DNA from: Eledone cirrhosa
Lineage: Eukaryota
Direction: 5' to 3'
Assembly (NCBI GenBank): GCA_964016885.1
Contig: OZ024740.1
Span: 292,640,001-292,704,000, forward strand
Length of the DNA stretch: 64,000 nucleotides
A program made the translations under genes and the position numbers. Of the stretch, positions 39,199-50,826 are shown piece after piece. How positions within the stretch are numbered: the first letter of the stretch is position 1; each line of letters opens with the position of its first letter. The notes under the pieces are model-generated. The model saw only the letters and a program-made list of their open reading frames with translations. It made no database searches and was not told where the DNA came from.

Positions 39199-42108
39199 CA
39201 TAATCACTCTTAATCTCAAATACTTTCAGCATCATTTATCGTCATCTAGCATCATCCTTTTTAAGTCTGTTTTTCCTTGCTTACATGGGTTGGATGAGTC
39301 TTTTCCAACATAGCTTCCCTCCACTTGTTATGCTGCTTTGTCATCCTCCTTATCAAGTTCAGTGTTTTAGCATCTGCTCTCACCACCTCTACTCAGTTTT
39401 TGGGGGGTTTTCCTCTACTGCAGCTTCCCTCCACTTGGAACTCCTGACATTTTTTTTACTCTGTGATCACCAGCCATACACATCACATGTCCATATCAGC
39501 ATAATCTTCTCTCTTGCACATTATATTCAGTTTCTCTCTCACCTTATCCATGCTTTGCTTTTCATGTACATTAACATCACACATCCATTGAAGCATGCTC
39601 ACATCCTTTCTCTCTGGCCTTTACATATCTTCTGTATTTACTGCCCATATAGGAAGGGAGAACTTTGCATGTAGAAGATGCACAGTAGCAATTGAGAGAA
39701 AGAGTGCCAAAAATATAAACCTTTTCCAGTCACAGGAAGGATCCATAGATGTGCTTGATAGCTTCTGCTATCTAGGTGACTAAATTAACAGTGGAGGAGG
39801 GTGTGCCGAGAGTATAATAGCTAGAATAATGATAGGATGGACGATGTTTAGAGAGATACTCCAACTGTTGACAACTAAAGGTTTCTCCCTACATCAGAAT
39901 AGCCATCATGACATAGTCAAACATTTTCATTAAAGACACTAGTCATAATTATGAGGTTGTCATTTGTTATCGAGGTTGTCTGCTAGAGAGCCTCATAAAA
40001 ATGGTTATTTTGTTCAATAGTTAGTCCAGACTGTGTTGCATATGCAGAGATCATTGTTGCTGCCATGTTTATCACTAACTTAAGCTTATTTATTCTATCA
40101 CATACACAGACCACCTCTATTAATTTATCTATTTATTTATCTGCTCACAATCTGCCTACTACACCAATACCAGCCCTTTCACAAGAAAATTTATACATGT
40201 TTTATGCCCTGAAGGAGTGTGTCTGAGAGTCTCCTCCTTTTTTACCCCTTATTCACAGTCCATATCGTCCTTGTGTTGTTGTACCTAATAGTGAAAGATG
40301 AACTATAGTGGGTTTTAATTATTTAATGTCTATTTTCCTCACCTGAAAGAATTAAACATCTATATATGTGTGTGCGTGAGGATATTGTGTAAATACTTAC
40401 ATTTATGTGACAGAATGGAGATAACTCTTTAAAAATAGGTTAATTCAACCATTTGACAAAATGTGTTCCATACTAAATTCTAGGGTTGATATAAGTAATT
40501 GACTCCAACTGAGGAATTACGAGTCACAGCATGGTTGCAGACCAGTGATTGAAACCAGTAAAAGAATAAATGAATATTAACTTACTATGCTGTCTTAACC
40601 CTTTAGCATTTACATTACTCTATATATACTATTGTATTTTCGTATTAAAGGCTTTATCTCACATAATTACGAGATTTTAATATTTATTTTGAGAACAATA
40701 CCTTAACGTCAGTATGAGCAGCTGGTTATGGCCAGTTTGAACAGAAAGAGGTGAGAATTGTTGCTGCATATGGCCGGTTTAAATGCTAAAGGGTTAAGTC
40801 AGGCAATTAACGTTGCTCTTACCTTCAAGTATCATACTTTCTGTTTGATTCTTTTTTAAATCATTATTTTACTGCTTACAATCATTAGGCTACGGCTATA
40901 TTGGGTTTCAACTGATTATATCAACAGAGTACTTCGTCTGAGAATTATTTTAACATTATAAGGGAAGAAAAGCGAATGAAGTTAATGTTAAAGTAAAGGG
41001 ATGTAACTAAGACAGAATGGAATACCACAGGATATAATATTTTTACACTCTGATTTTTTTTCCATCCTCTGCTGATATACATAATTTAGTCTTCCAGACA
41101 GCCTCTGTCTACAAATTTCTCTCACAAGGCTTTAATCAGCTGTAGGTTCTGGTAGAAGACACTTTTCCAAAATACTGTGCAGTTGAATTGTAGCTGAAAC
41201 AGCATTCACCACCATCATCGTTATCATGTTTGTTTTTTTATGCTTACATGGGTTGGATAGGTCCTCAGCATGGCATCTCTCCATTCGTTGCATTCCTTCA
41301 TCATCTCCTCTATAAGTCTCAACAATTTGAGCTCAGCTCTCACCACATCCGCTCAGGTTTTTCTTGGTCTACCTCTACTGCAGCTTCCTTCCACTAGCAT
41401 TTCCTGGAACTTCTTCACCCAGCAATCATTGTCCATTCACATCACTTGTGCATCACATGGCCATGCCTGCATTCATGCCAAAAGTAGAATTTTAACATCT
41501 GATATGATATTGTTTTTTTTTTATGAGTTAATTCTTAAAATGTTAATGTAAATTGTTAAAATGTTAATGTAAACATCATTAATGCTAACACAAATTAGAA
41601 AAGATAACAGGTTCAGTGTATCTATTGTTTGCCAGGCACCTCGATTACAGATTACACTGCAGAGAGCAGTTATCCTTCCATCTTCACAGCTGCTTTATTT
41701 TATTTCCACAAGATAATTCATCAGTCACATAGCACTAGCATGCCATGATGTTCTCAGTAGTTAATTCATAATTTTATTCAATTCTGTAAATGTGGTTGGT
41801 GTTAGGAAGGGCATCTAGCCGTAAAAAAACAAGCCAGAAATGGTTCTGTGAGAGCAAGACACTGTTATCTGAGCTGACTTGTCTCACAATGGGACAACCT
41901 GTCTAACTTATGCTAACATTGAAAATGGATGTTAAACAGTGATGATGATGATAATGGGATTGAGATAAATAACTGAGTTATTTCTTGTAAACATTGAAAA
42001 ATGGCAGGAGACCTTGCTACTTTGGACAGTTATAAAAGAGGCTTTCCTGCTAGCACTAAATGAATTATCTTGGATGCAATTAAGATAGCAGAAACAATTT
42101 ATATATAT

Positions 42109-42446
42109 GGAGGCACATGGCTTAGTGGTTAGAGCATTGGCCTTGCAATCGAAAGGTTGTGAGTTCAATTCTCAGACCGAGCTGATGTGTTGTTTCCTTG
42201 AGCAAGACACTTTATTTCACATTGCTCCAGTTTACGCAGCTGCAGAAATGAGATGATAGGGACTGGGGTCCATATCATTCCACTGCAAAGTGGTCGTGGA
42301 GGTGCCACAGCAAAAAAGCACCCAGCACTCACTGTAAATGAGGTTGGTGTTAGGAAGGGCATCCAGCTGTAGAAATCAAGCCAGAATCAGTTCCCGTCCC
42401 ACCCTTGCAAGCAGGGAAAAGCGGACGTAAAATGATGATGATGATG
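42109..42446 (+). mobile_element. SINE family A copy
   Basis: Same head, core and tail as 13510-13847. Confidence 0.88.
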
Positions 42447-43267
42447 AGGTGTATCAGAAAAGTAACATACTTAGTTTGCAGTGTGCACTAAGAGTAGATT
42501 AGGGATTAGCGAGTTATTTCACCATCTAACGTAATATCCGGGGAGTATATAACTGTAATCTCAGCTCTATGCAGCCATTGTATGTTTTTTCACTTGCTTT
42601 TGTTAACAGCTCCTCAATTCTAGGCTGTTGAGCAGTGGGCACAGTGCAATGAACCAACCTGGGAAAAAAACTCTGACAGAAGCACTCGGAATACTGCAGT
42701 GAGTGTACGGAGATGAGGTGATGTCGTGCTCATGGGTTTTTGAGTCGCACAAAATATTCAAAAACATCCCCAGAAGTGGAAGGCTTTCAACGAGCAGGAC
42801 TGATGCCAATGTTGAGCACATGGGGCAGGTGGTGTATGGTGATTGTCGGCTGCCTGTTCAACTGATTGCAAGTAAGCTGGGCATGAACCGCGACAGCGTT
42901 TGGAAGATCTGTATGAAGATGGTGCCGAAGGGGCTGAAAGGTAATTAGAAGGAACGGCACATGCAGGTGTGTCAGGACACCCTTGAGCATCTTGAACCTG
43001 AATCAGATGTGCTGGGGAAAGTCATCACTGGTGATGAGCCATCGATCTTCAAGTTTGACTCAGAGACCAAGCGCCAAAGCCATCAAGAGGGCTGTGACAC
43101 TGGAGCTGCAGAGAATCCTGAGAAACTTCTTCCAGGAGTGCATGGAGGTATGGCAGAAAAAGGATGGGAAAGTGTGTTAGACAAGAGGGAGATTATTTCG
43201 TAGTTTGAATTTGAAATATCTTTGTTTTGCGACCCCAGTCCTGCTTCCTTTTCTGTCAAACCTCGTA
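42445..43267 (+). mobile_element. Internally deleted mariner element
   Basis: PRSGRLSTSRTD, KMVPK.L, VITGDE..IF.FDSETKRQS motifs; degenerate TIRs GAGGTGTATCAGAAAAG / CTTTTCTGTCAAACCTCGTA. Confidence 0.8.
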
Positions 43268-43675
43268 TATATATCATTTTTAATTTTACCATGTGTATCT
43301 TGTTTAGAATAGGTATACTATATCTTTGTGTGTTGTAAGAAGTGACTAACAAGATAGTTCTCATGAAGGGCATCTGACTGTAAAGCATTCCTCTAAAAAG
43401 TCCCATTCAACCCATCCCAGCATGGAAAATTCAATATAAAAACAATGATGGTGATGATGATAATTTGTAATTTATATGTAATTTAAGAAGATGAATTATA
43501 TGTAATTGAAGAAGATTGCATAGAATGTGTTCTGCAGTAATGGGCGCACCTGGTAATCCGTTGATACATAGTATGAGTCTTGTTAGTTTGTATGTTGCTC
43601 TTTTATATAACAAATGGATACTAATTTTCTACACCCCTTTTTTAAAATTTAATGTAGTTCCAGGGTTCATCAAAC

Positions 43676-43840
43676 ATGTCTATAAGAACTGTCTTCCAAT
43701 CAGCTGCTAATTGGACATCTAATAACAAGTTTGTTTCCTTCGTAATCATATCATGTGTTACATACTTAGGAACGTATCCATTAAAGACACCAAAACTTAA
43801 AACATCTGAAGAAAGAATTGGAAAAGCTTTACAAAAATAA
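43676..43840 (+). CDS. 54-aa microprotein, putative uMKKS2 homolog (exon 43664-43843)
   Basis: CAG acceptor, CAAACATG start, MSIRTVFQSAANWTSNNKFVSFVIISCVTYLGTYPLKTPKLKTSEERIGKALQK*, donor CAG|GTTTGT 3 nt after the stop. Confidence 0.75.
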   Translation: MSIRTVFQSAANWTSNNKFVSFVIISCVTYLGTYPLKTPKLKTSEERIGKALQK

Positions 43841-44499
43841 CAGGTTTGTTGTACATTTCAAATATTATTTGAAAGTATACATCGGCTGATTAGCCTAATT
43901 TGCATACTGAGTGATGTATACTTATGAGAATGCTATATATTAATAATTGTTTCTACTTTAGGCACAAGACCAGCAATTATTCAGTTCATTACTGGTACTT
44001 TATTTTATCGACCCCGTAAGGATGAAAGGCAAAGTTAACCTCGGCGGGATTTGAACTCAGATCGTAAAGGGACGTAACTATGCTGGAAAGCATGGCGTCC
44101 GACCATGCTATATATTAATAATGGTTTCTTATATAGGCCAGCACTTTTTGGGGAGGGGAAAGTCGATTAAATCGTTTGTGACTGGTCCTTTATTTTATCG
44201 ACCCCGTAAGGATGAAAGGCAAAGCTAACCTCGGCGGGATTTGAGCTCAGAACGCAAAGGGCCATAACTCTATGCTGCAAAGCATGGTATCTAATGCTCT
44301 ACCGATACTACCAATCCACCGCCATATATTAATAATATTATTCACTCATGAATGCATTAATGTATTTGCTATGTTAGAGCAAAATTTTGTTTTTAATTTT
44401 CAGCTAAGCCAGCCATAAAATTGCTTGGTATGCAAATTAAGCTAATCAGCAGATGTGTACTTTAGAGAATACTTTTTATTCTCAAGAGTTCCAGTGTGT

Positions 44500-44578
44500 A
44501 GCAGAAAAGGAAGAAATACACAATCTTGATAAAGGGCAATAACCTTGAAACAATTGTAGATTGTTTTTCCCTCTGCTA
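44500..44578 (+). ncRNA. Minimal hammerhead motif with U3-A8 core variant
   Basis: ACAATC-TTGATAA-[AGGG CAATAA CCTT]-GAAA-C-AATT-GTA/GATTGT; helix I can extend (AGCAGA...TCTGCT). Confidence 0.65.
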
Positions 44579-44759
44579 ACGCTGGAACAAAAGGATGACG
44601 TTAGTCGTCTAGAACACATGGCGTTATGAGGCTATTTGCTTGCAAACAAATCGAATATTAATATTATTATTATTGTTCACTCATGAATGCATTTACGTAT
44701 TCGCTATGTTAGAACGAAAACAAATTTTGTTTTTATTATGTATAATATATATATATAAG

Positions 44760-45360
44760 CAAAGGGATATTTAATTTGTTGGTAATTCACCAAATATATT
44801 TATAACAAATTGAAACTTGAACCGTTAATGTCTCATTCCTGGATATGTCAATATTTATAAAACAAACTTTGTATTTTATCTGATGAGAGTGTACCAAAGT
44901 TTTGGTACCCTTGAAATATATATAATAGAATAGATATGGTTTTATAAATATAGTTTCCATTTATTATTATCATTGATATATATATACATATATAATATAA
45001 TATGTATAATATATATATATATATATATATAAGAGAGTATTGAAGTTTGCTTGAAGCATTGTGGAATAATAAAAAATTTGGTCGTTTTGGAAGCCTCAAC
45101 AATGCAGGTAAATCTCCAGGTAACAGAATCCGGTGGTGAAGAGAGCGATGTAAGAGGAAATGTCGAATGAGACGTATAGTGTGTAGAGGAACGTAGGAAA
45201 GAGCGTAAAAATAATAACACAAGATAGATTTACCTTGGAAGGGATTTAATTGTCCCTATATTTCGGATTTCGCATCCATCAACTGGGGGTTTTTCCGAAG
45301 GGGAAAGTTTTTAGTCGGAGAGGAACGGTACGTGGCCTCTGTTGTCCACCGTTTGTGTAT
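44760..45360. mobile_element. Penelope-like element remnant(s)
   Basis: Contains a minimal hammerhead typical of Penelope pseudo-LTRs, bounded by TA tracts; no intact ORF. Confidence 0.5.
44872..44932 (+). ncRNA. Minimal type I hammerhead ribozyme motif (Penelope-type)
   Basis: TATTTTAT-CTGATGA-[GAGTGTACCAAA GT TTTGGTACCCTT]-GAAA-T-ATAT-ATA/ATAGAATA: helix I, core boxes, helix II and palindromic helix III all present. Confidence 0.8.
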
Positions 45361-45399
45361 ATATATATTATTATATATTTCAGAGTTTCTAATTAAATA

Positions 45400-46405
45400 A
45401 TGCAGGAGCTTGCTGAAACCAAAATTGTACGTGGCAAACTGACTGACACGGAAACTGTACAGCAACTGAATATACTTAAGAATTTGTTTTCCACGACTGT
45501 TGGCCCTTATGGAAATATTAAACTGCTGCGTAATAATTGTGGTGGGCACATTACGCTGACAAGTTCATCATCCAGACTACTTGCTGCCCTTCGGCCTACA
45601 AGTCCTCTAACACAACTCATAGTCGAAGCCTGTTTGAAACACTCCCAGACTTATGGAGATGGAGCTCTCTTTATGATTCGTTTTATCCTGATTCTTATAG
45701 AAAAGGCTTTAAAACTTGATTTGGATCACAGATTGATTATCAATGTAAATTCATTTCTTCTGGAATTATTTCTTAGTTATTTAAGATCAGATAGTTTTCC
45801 CTGTAAAATGGCTATCGAGGTTTCTGATGTTCAGTCTTTCTGCCAAGTTGCCAATACAATGTTATCATCGAAACCATTGTGTCAGTTGGATGAACAGCTA
45901 TCAAAGTTGATGAGTTCTGTACTTCTAGAGGCTTTCATTACAAGCCTTCCTTCTGAAAGACTAGACAGTGCCTTAAGACCCATGGAAAGCAATATATACA
46001 TTATTGGTATTTCTGGTGAAGAAGCACATAATTCTTTCTGCTGTAAAGGGTTATTACTTGAGACTGCAAACATTAAAGAAGTTCTGGGCTGGCAAACAAC
46101 AAGAGAGTCTCTGGACAGTTCTTCATTGGAGAATATTTATACAGTTGTAATAAATGTATCAATGGCTGGAGACTCTATAGAGATACCTCATTTGACTTAC
46201 ACCAATATCAGTCTTAAAGAACTTGAGCAGCGTTTTCTTACTCATGTGGAGTTGTTCTGTTCTGAACTCATATCCAAAGGTGTTAGAATTCTATTCTGCC
46301 AGAAAGTTGTTCACCCTCGTCTAAAAGATCAGTTAAGAAGAAATGGAGTGTTGGTTCTTGATCGTCTTGGTACTTTGCTCTGTTCAAAAGTTATCATTTT
46401 AACAG
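45400..46405 (+). CDS. MKKS: MKKS/BBS6 chaperonin-like protein, coding exon 1 (exon starts at 45384)
   Basis: TTVGPYGNIKLLRNNCGGHITLTSSSSRLL, TYGDGALF, LSSKPLCQL, LFCQKVVHPRLK...VLDRLG motifs of MKKS; TTTCAG acceptor 16 nt before ATG; donor ACAG|GTAAT. Confidence 0.94.
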
Positions 46406-47216
46406 GTAATTAGTCAAATATTTTAAACTGATATGATATATTAATTAAAATACCTATTTCATATACATGTACAGAAAATTAACTTAAATCTTCACCTGAA
46501 TGTTTTAAATTATGAAATGTGGGGTATTCCTTTATATAGTGTTGGCCGTGGAGGAATGGTTATTTAGAGCATGTATGAGAAAACATGTATAGTTGTAAAG
46601 GCAAAGGAGTGGAACAATGATGAGTTTGAAGTGAAGGTTGGAGTATATCAGGGACCAGTAATACTGATTCCTGATATACTCCAAAGTTGAACTTCTTCTC
46701 CTGCTTCAGTGGAGCTTGATTCACATACAGTGTACACTGCGCAGCCTACCTTGAGAGGTCGAGTGTCTCACTTTTTGCAGCACTGATTTTCATTCCAGCC
46801 ATGCAGCACTCAGCATCAAACTTATCAAGTGCAAGTCAGAGATCACCTTCTTTCGAGTTAGGTAACATGTCATCTACAAATTCCAGCCGACTGTTTTCAC
46901 ACCTGCCAGTCATGATACCATTTCCAACCTGGCTGTGCATGTCAATCCTGTTCATGAAAGTAATGAACAGGAGAGGTGACAGTACACAACATTGGCAGAG
47001 TCCAACTCCTACATTGAATGGTTTCAATTTGGTACCAATTATCTGAACACAAATGTTTTGGAAAAAATCTGAAAAATTAACAATTGGGTGGGGGGACACA
47101 CACAGTTATTCGGGACCCAAGAGTACTTCATCAGTGTTGACTTGTGACTAAACAACAACACTAGTTTAATCTTGTATATTGTATACTATTAACAATATAT
47201 TTATATATATTTTCAG

Positions 47217-47395
47217 GTTGTGATCCAATTAGTTCATTTTCATCAGCTTGCTCTCCAGAACAGTTAGGGAAAATCAGTAAATTATCTGTCAGGGATGATT
47301 TTGGAAAGCAATGGGTTCATCTAAATCAATTATCCAGCAGTTTAACTACTCTTGTAGTTTGCAGTCAGATGGAAGAACAGCTTGAAGAATTAAAG
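47217..47395 (+). CDS. MKKS: MKKS coding exon 2
   Basis: (G)CDPISSFSSACSPEQLGKISKLSVRDDFGKQWVHLNQLSSSLTTLVVCSQMEEQLEELK; TTTCAG acceptor, AAG|GTTAG donor; 179 nt, phase consistent. Confidence 0.92.
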
Positions 47396-48711
47396 GTTAG
47401 ATTGACTCATTTATTAACCCTTTAGTTGCCAACCTGGCCACAACCAACCCTGGTTCTATGAAATAAATCACCCCTTTTCAAGGTTTACAATTTAAATTAA
47501 AATCTTCCAATATAATTCTATATAAGAACCTTACATAATGTTTCTATTTTTGTAATGAAATAATTAATAATTTTAGTAAATCCCTCAAATTTCTTTATTA
47601 ATTAATTGGAATAGTGTATGTCATTAGAAATATGGTCATGAAAGGGTTAAATTACTATTAAAAAAAGTTGGTCTGAAGAAAAGGGATGCACCATGATCCT
47701 AACAGGCCCCATTAACAAAGATGAGATTGATGCAGCCAATGGTAATCTTCAACTGCTGCATGGTGGTGATTGCAGGAAAAAAAGAACATTGGTAAGAAGG
47801 GACTTATTAGGCAAGGGGTGAGTGTAGTGCCTGGTGTTGGGAAATACACACTAGAAATACATAGAAAGAGGAGAAATGAATATGTTGGATGAGCTTGATT
47901 GGAGGAAGCAGATAACCTACTAGCTCTAAGAAGCAGAAGCTGTTGTAGCAACAGAACAAGGAAACAATGTAACTGTGTGCTAGAGGTTATAGTTTGTTGG
48001 TGAGGGACTATACATTAGCTTCTGTTAGTATTTTGGAAATAACATACATGATAGGCTAGGTTTAAGAAGCTGAGGTGGTGTGCAGGAGAGAAGACTGCAT
48101 TGGTACAGATGTGATGCGCATGGATGATGACAGATGGGGAAGAAGTGGCAGAAAATGCTATGGAAAGAGGTAGACCAAGAAAGACCTGGGTAGAGGTGAG
48201 AGCTGACCTCATATCACTGAGACTCACTGAGGGGATGATAAAGGATCACAGCTAGTGGAGAGATGCTGTGCTGATAGGGATCCGACCAAGCCATACAAGT
48301 GCGGAAAAATGGATGTAAAAACAATGATTATGATGATAGGTAAATCTCATAGAGATAATAATATAAAAATATTTTTAAGCAGTGGGTTAACAGAATTAGT
48401 AGAACATCAAACAAAATACCTTGTGGTATTTGGCTACATCTCTTTATTTCGAAGAAAGAATTATTGATTCTTGTAGAGCTATATATTCAAATTATGATAT
48501 TAATGTTTATAAATGAAATCAAAATATTTTATTAAGGTCAAATATATGCATTTCTTTAAATTCTTTCAGTTATGTGACACTATTAGATAATTCTTATCAA
48601 GTAGAATAAGTAGTTGTAAATCTGTTGGATGTCTTCAGGCAGAACTTAAATTGGGAGAAATATTTTATGTTTAATAAAGTGATGTATATTTATGTATTTC
48701 TAATTTCACAG

Positions 48712-48822
48712 GTGAATTGCAGCAATGTTATGTTAGCATTTCGGCAACTTCTCATGGCACCATCCATACTGTACGGTGGAGGCTGCTGGCAATTCACTTT
48801 AGCTAACAAGCTTAGAGTTGAG
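48712..48822 (+). CDS. MKKS: MKKS coding exon 3
   Basis: VNCSNVMLAFRQLLMAPSILYGGGCWQFTLANKLRVE with chaperonin GGG motif; CAG / GTAAA splice sites; 111 nt. Confidence 0.92.
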
Positions 48823-50041
48823 GTAAAATCTTTTTCTGTACTGACAACTTGGTTCAAATATTTTGTAATATTTTATATTCTTTATGCATCTCTTTACTGG
48901 ATGCAGCATAGCTGAATAGTGAAGAGATTCACTTTGCAATCATTAGGTCCCAGATTTAATGCCACTGCTTCACATCTTACCATAACCTTGGGTTGGCCCA
49001 TGCCTTGTGAGGAGAATTGAGTAGATGTAAATTGTTTGGAAACCAAGAGGATGGATTGTACCTGTAATTCAAAGAGCCAGCTTTGTCATACATTGGGATA
49101 AGTATGGATCCTGTTAATTTTCAGGAAAAAAAAGATAATTGAATAACATCAGTGGTACTCTTCCTATATAAAAAGCATAATGCTCTTTGTGGTTAGGGGT
49201 CAGAGGTGTTCCAGCCTCCCTAAGCTTCAGCATGATCTTGACACATTGTTGCCAATAGAGTAATCTCCCCTTTATACATGATGCAGTGTCAAGGGAAGCA
49301 ATTCATAAAGACTAAAATAACTTGAGCATCAGTCTGTGAAATAGAAAGACTCCCTTGCTTGAAACAAGCAGGTTTATTTTGCGTTTTGTCGATGTTATCA
49401 TAGCAAGAAATATTTTTTATGTAGCAGTGCTTCTAGTTCTGCACCCATCATCCAACCTGCAACAACAGCAACCTATTATATGTTTAACATAACTCAAGTA
49501 TTAATGTAAAAGTTAAGTTCATGTTAACATTAATACATGGAGCATTCAAAAAGCTGCCAAAAAATAGCTTTTGAAAAAAATATACACTATTAGTCTATGG
49601 CTAATATTTTTTTCAGGAAATATAGGGAACAATTCCAGAAATCTTTCAATCTTAGGAGTCCATTGGTAAATGAAACTTTTTCATTCACTAATATTGTTTT
49701 AGTTTGCCTTTTAATGCTCCATACATTAACCCTCTAGCATTTATATTACTATTATATTTTCACTGTAAAGGCTTTATCTCATAATTATCTCACATATATT
49801 GAATCTACGAGATTTTGACATTATTTATTTTGAGTACAATACCTTTACATGTGTAAGAGTGGCCAGTTATGGCCAGATACGGACGGTTTAAATGCTAAAG
49901 AGTTAAATATGCAAACAGAAACTTAACTATCATTTTTCAAGCAAATATCATCCCTGAATTATTTATTTTATTTACATAAAAGTTGTAAACGTTATGGTAA
50001 AACATTTTCTTTTCAGTTGAACTTTTTAAAATCTATTTCAG

Positions 50042-50512
50042 GTTTCTGAAAACTTAGAAAGACTCTGCAATAAACTAGATTGTTCTGAATCACAGTTGTT
50101 GCAGTTATGTGACTATTTATGTAGAAGTTTGGAACAAGCTGCTTCTCCACCTTCTCAACAGAGTAGAAAATGTTTTACACATCCTTCAGCTGGTCATCTT
50201 TGGATAGTAACTGACTATAAAGTAAATGGAGGAAACTTATGTTGTTCATGTGGTTTGTTATGTTCCAGTTTATCAGATTTAAAACTTCACCCTTTAGAAC
50301 ATACTCCATTTTTTGATAGATCTTTAATGAAAGGCCATGATGAATCTTATAAACCTGTTAATACTATGTCCAACTGTGAATCAAAGAAACCTCTTCTAAT
50401 GGACTGCTTTATTCCATGGAAAACTGCTTTAGAAACATCGTTATTAATAGCCAATATGGCTATTGGTACAAATCAGTTTATATATGACACTAATTGTAAA
50501 CCATTAAGATAG
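50042..50512 (+). CDS. MKKS: MKKS coding exon 4 (terminal)
   Basis: VSENLERLCNKLDCSESQLLQLCDYLCRSLEQ...GHLW...CCSCGL...LMDCFIPWKTALETSLLIANMAIGTNQFIYD...*; spliced CDS 1767 nt = 588 aa + stop. Confidence 0.92.
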   Translation, partial: VSENLERLCNKLDCSESQLLQLCDYLCRSLEQAASPPSQQSRKCFTHPSAGHLWIVTDYKVNGGNLCCSCGLLCSSLSDLKLHPLEHTPFFDRSLMKGHDESYKPVNTMSNCESKKPLLMDCFIPWKTALETSLLIANMAIGTNQFIYDTNCKPLR

Positions 50513-50734
50513 TAATTTGTAATTATTTTTCAATGTATTGCAGTTTGGGAAAGATAAATGTTAAATTGTCTTCACATTCATAAATCTAAAAGGTTTTACA
50601 CCAGTGTTATAAATAAGGTTCTACTCTAAGAGTAATATTTTATTTCATAGAAGATGATGAGTGTTGGCAAATATTTGAACCTGAATTATACAGCTTTATG
50701 TATTTTATTTTATTTTGGATTTGAAGTGAAAGAA

Positions 50735-50740
50735 AATAAA
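50735..50740 (+). promoter_or_regulatory. Candidate MKKS polyadenylation signal
   Basis: AATAAA about 220 nt after the stop codon, followed by a T-rich tract. Confidence 0.45.
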
Positions 50741-50826
50741 AATAGTATTCTCTTTGAATATGAGAAAAAGAATTAAAAGATATAATCCATTTTTATTATG
50801 TTTTTCTTTTTTATTCCATTGTTCCT

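Noticed and set aside
45256-45549. 97-aa minus-strand ORF overlapping the MKKS start
   Set aside because: Antisense shadow of MKKS running into repeat remnant; no motif support.
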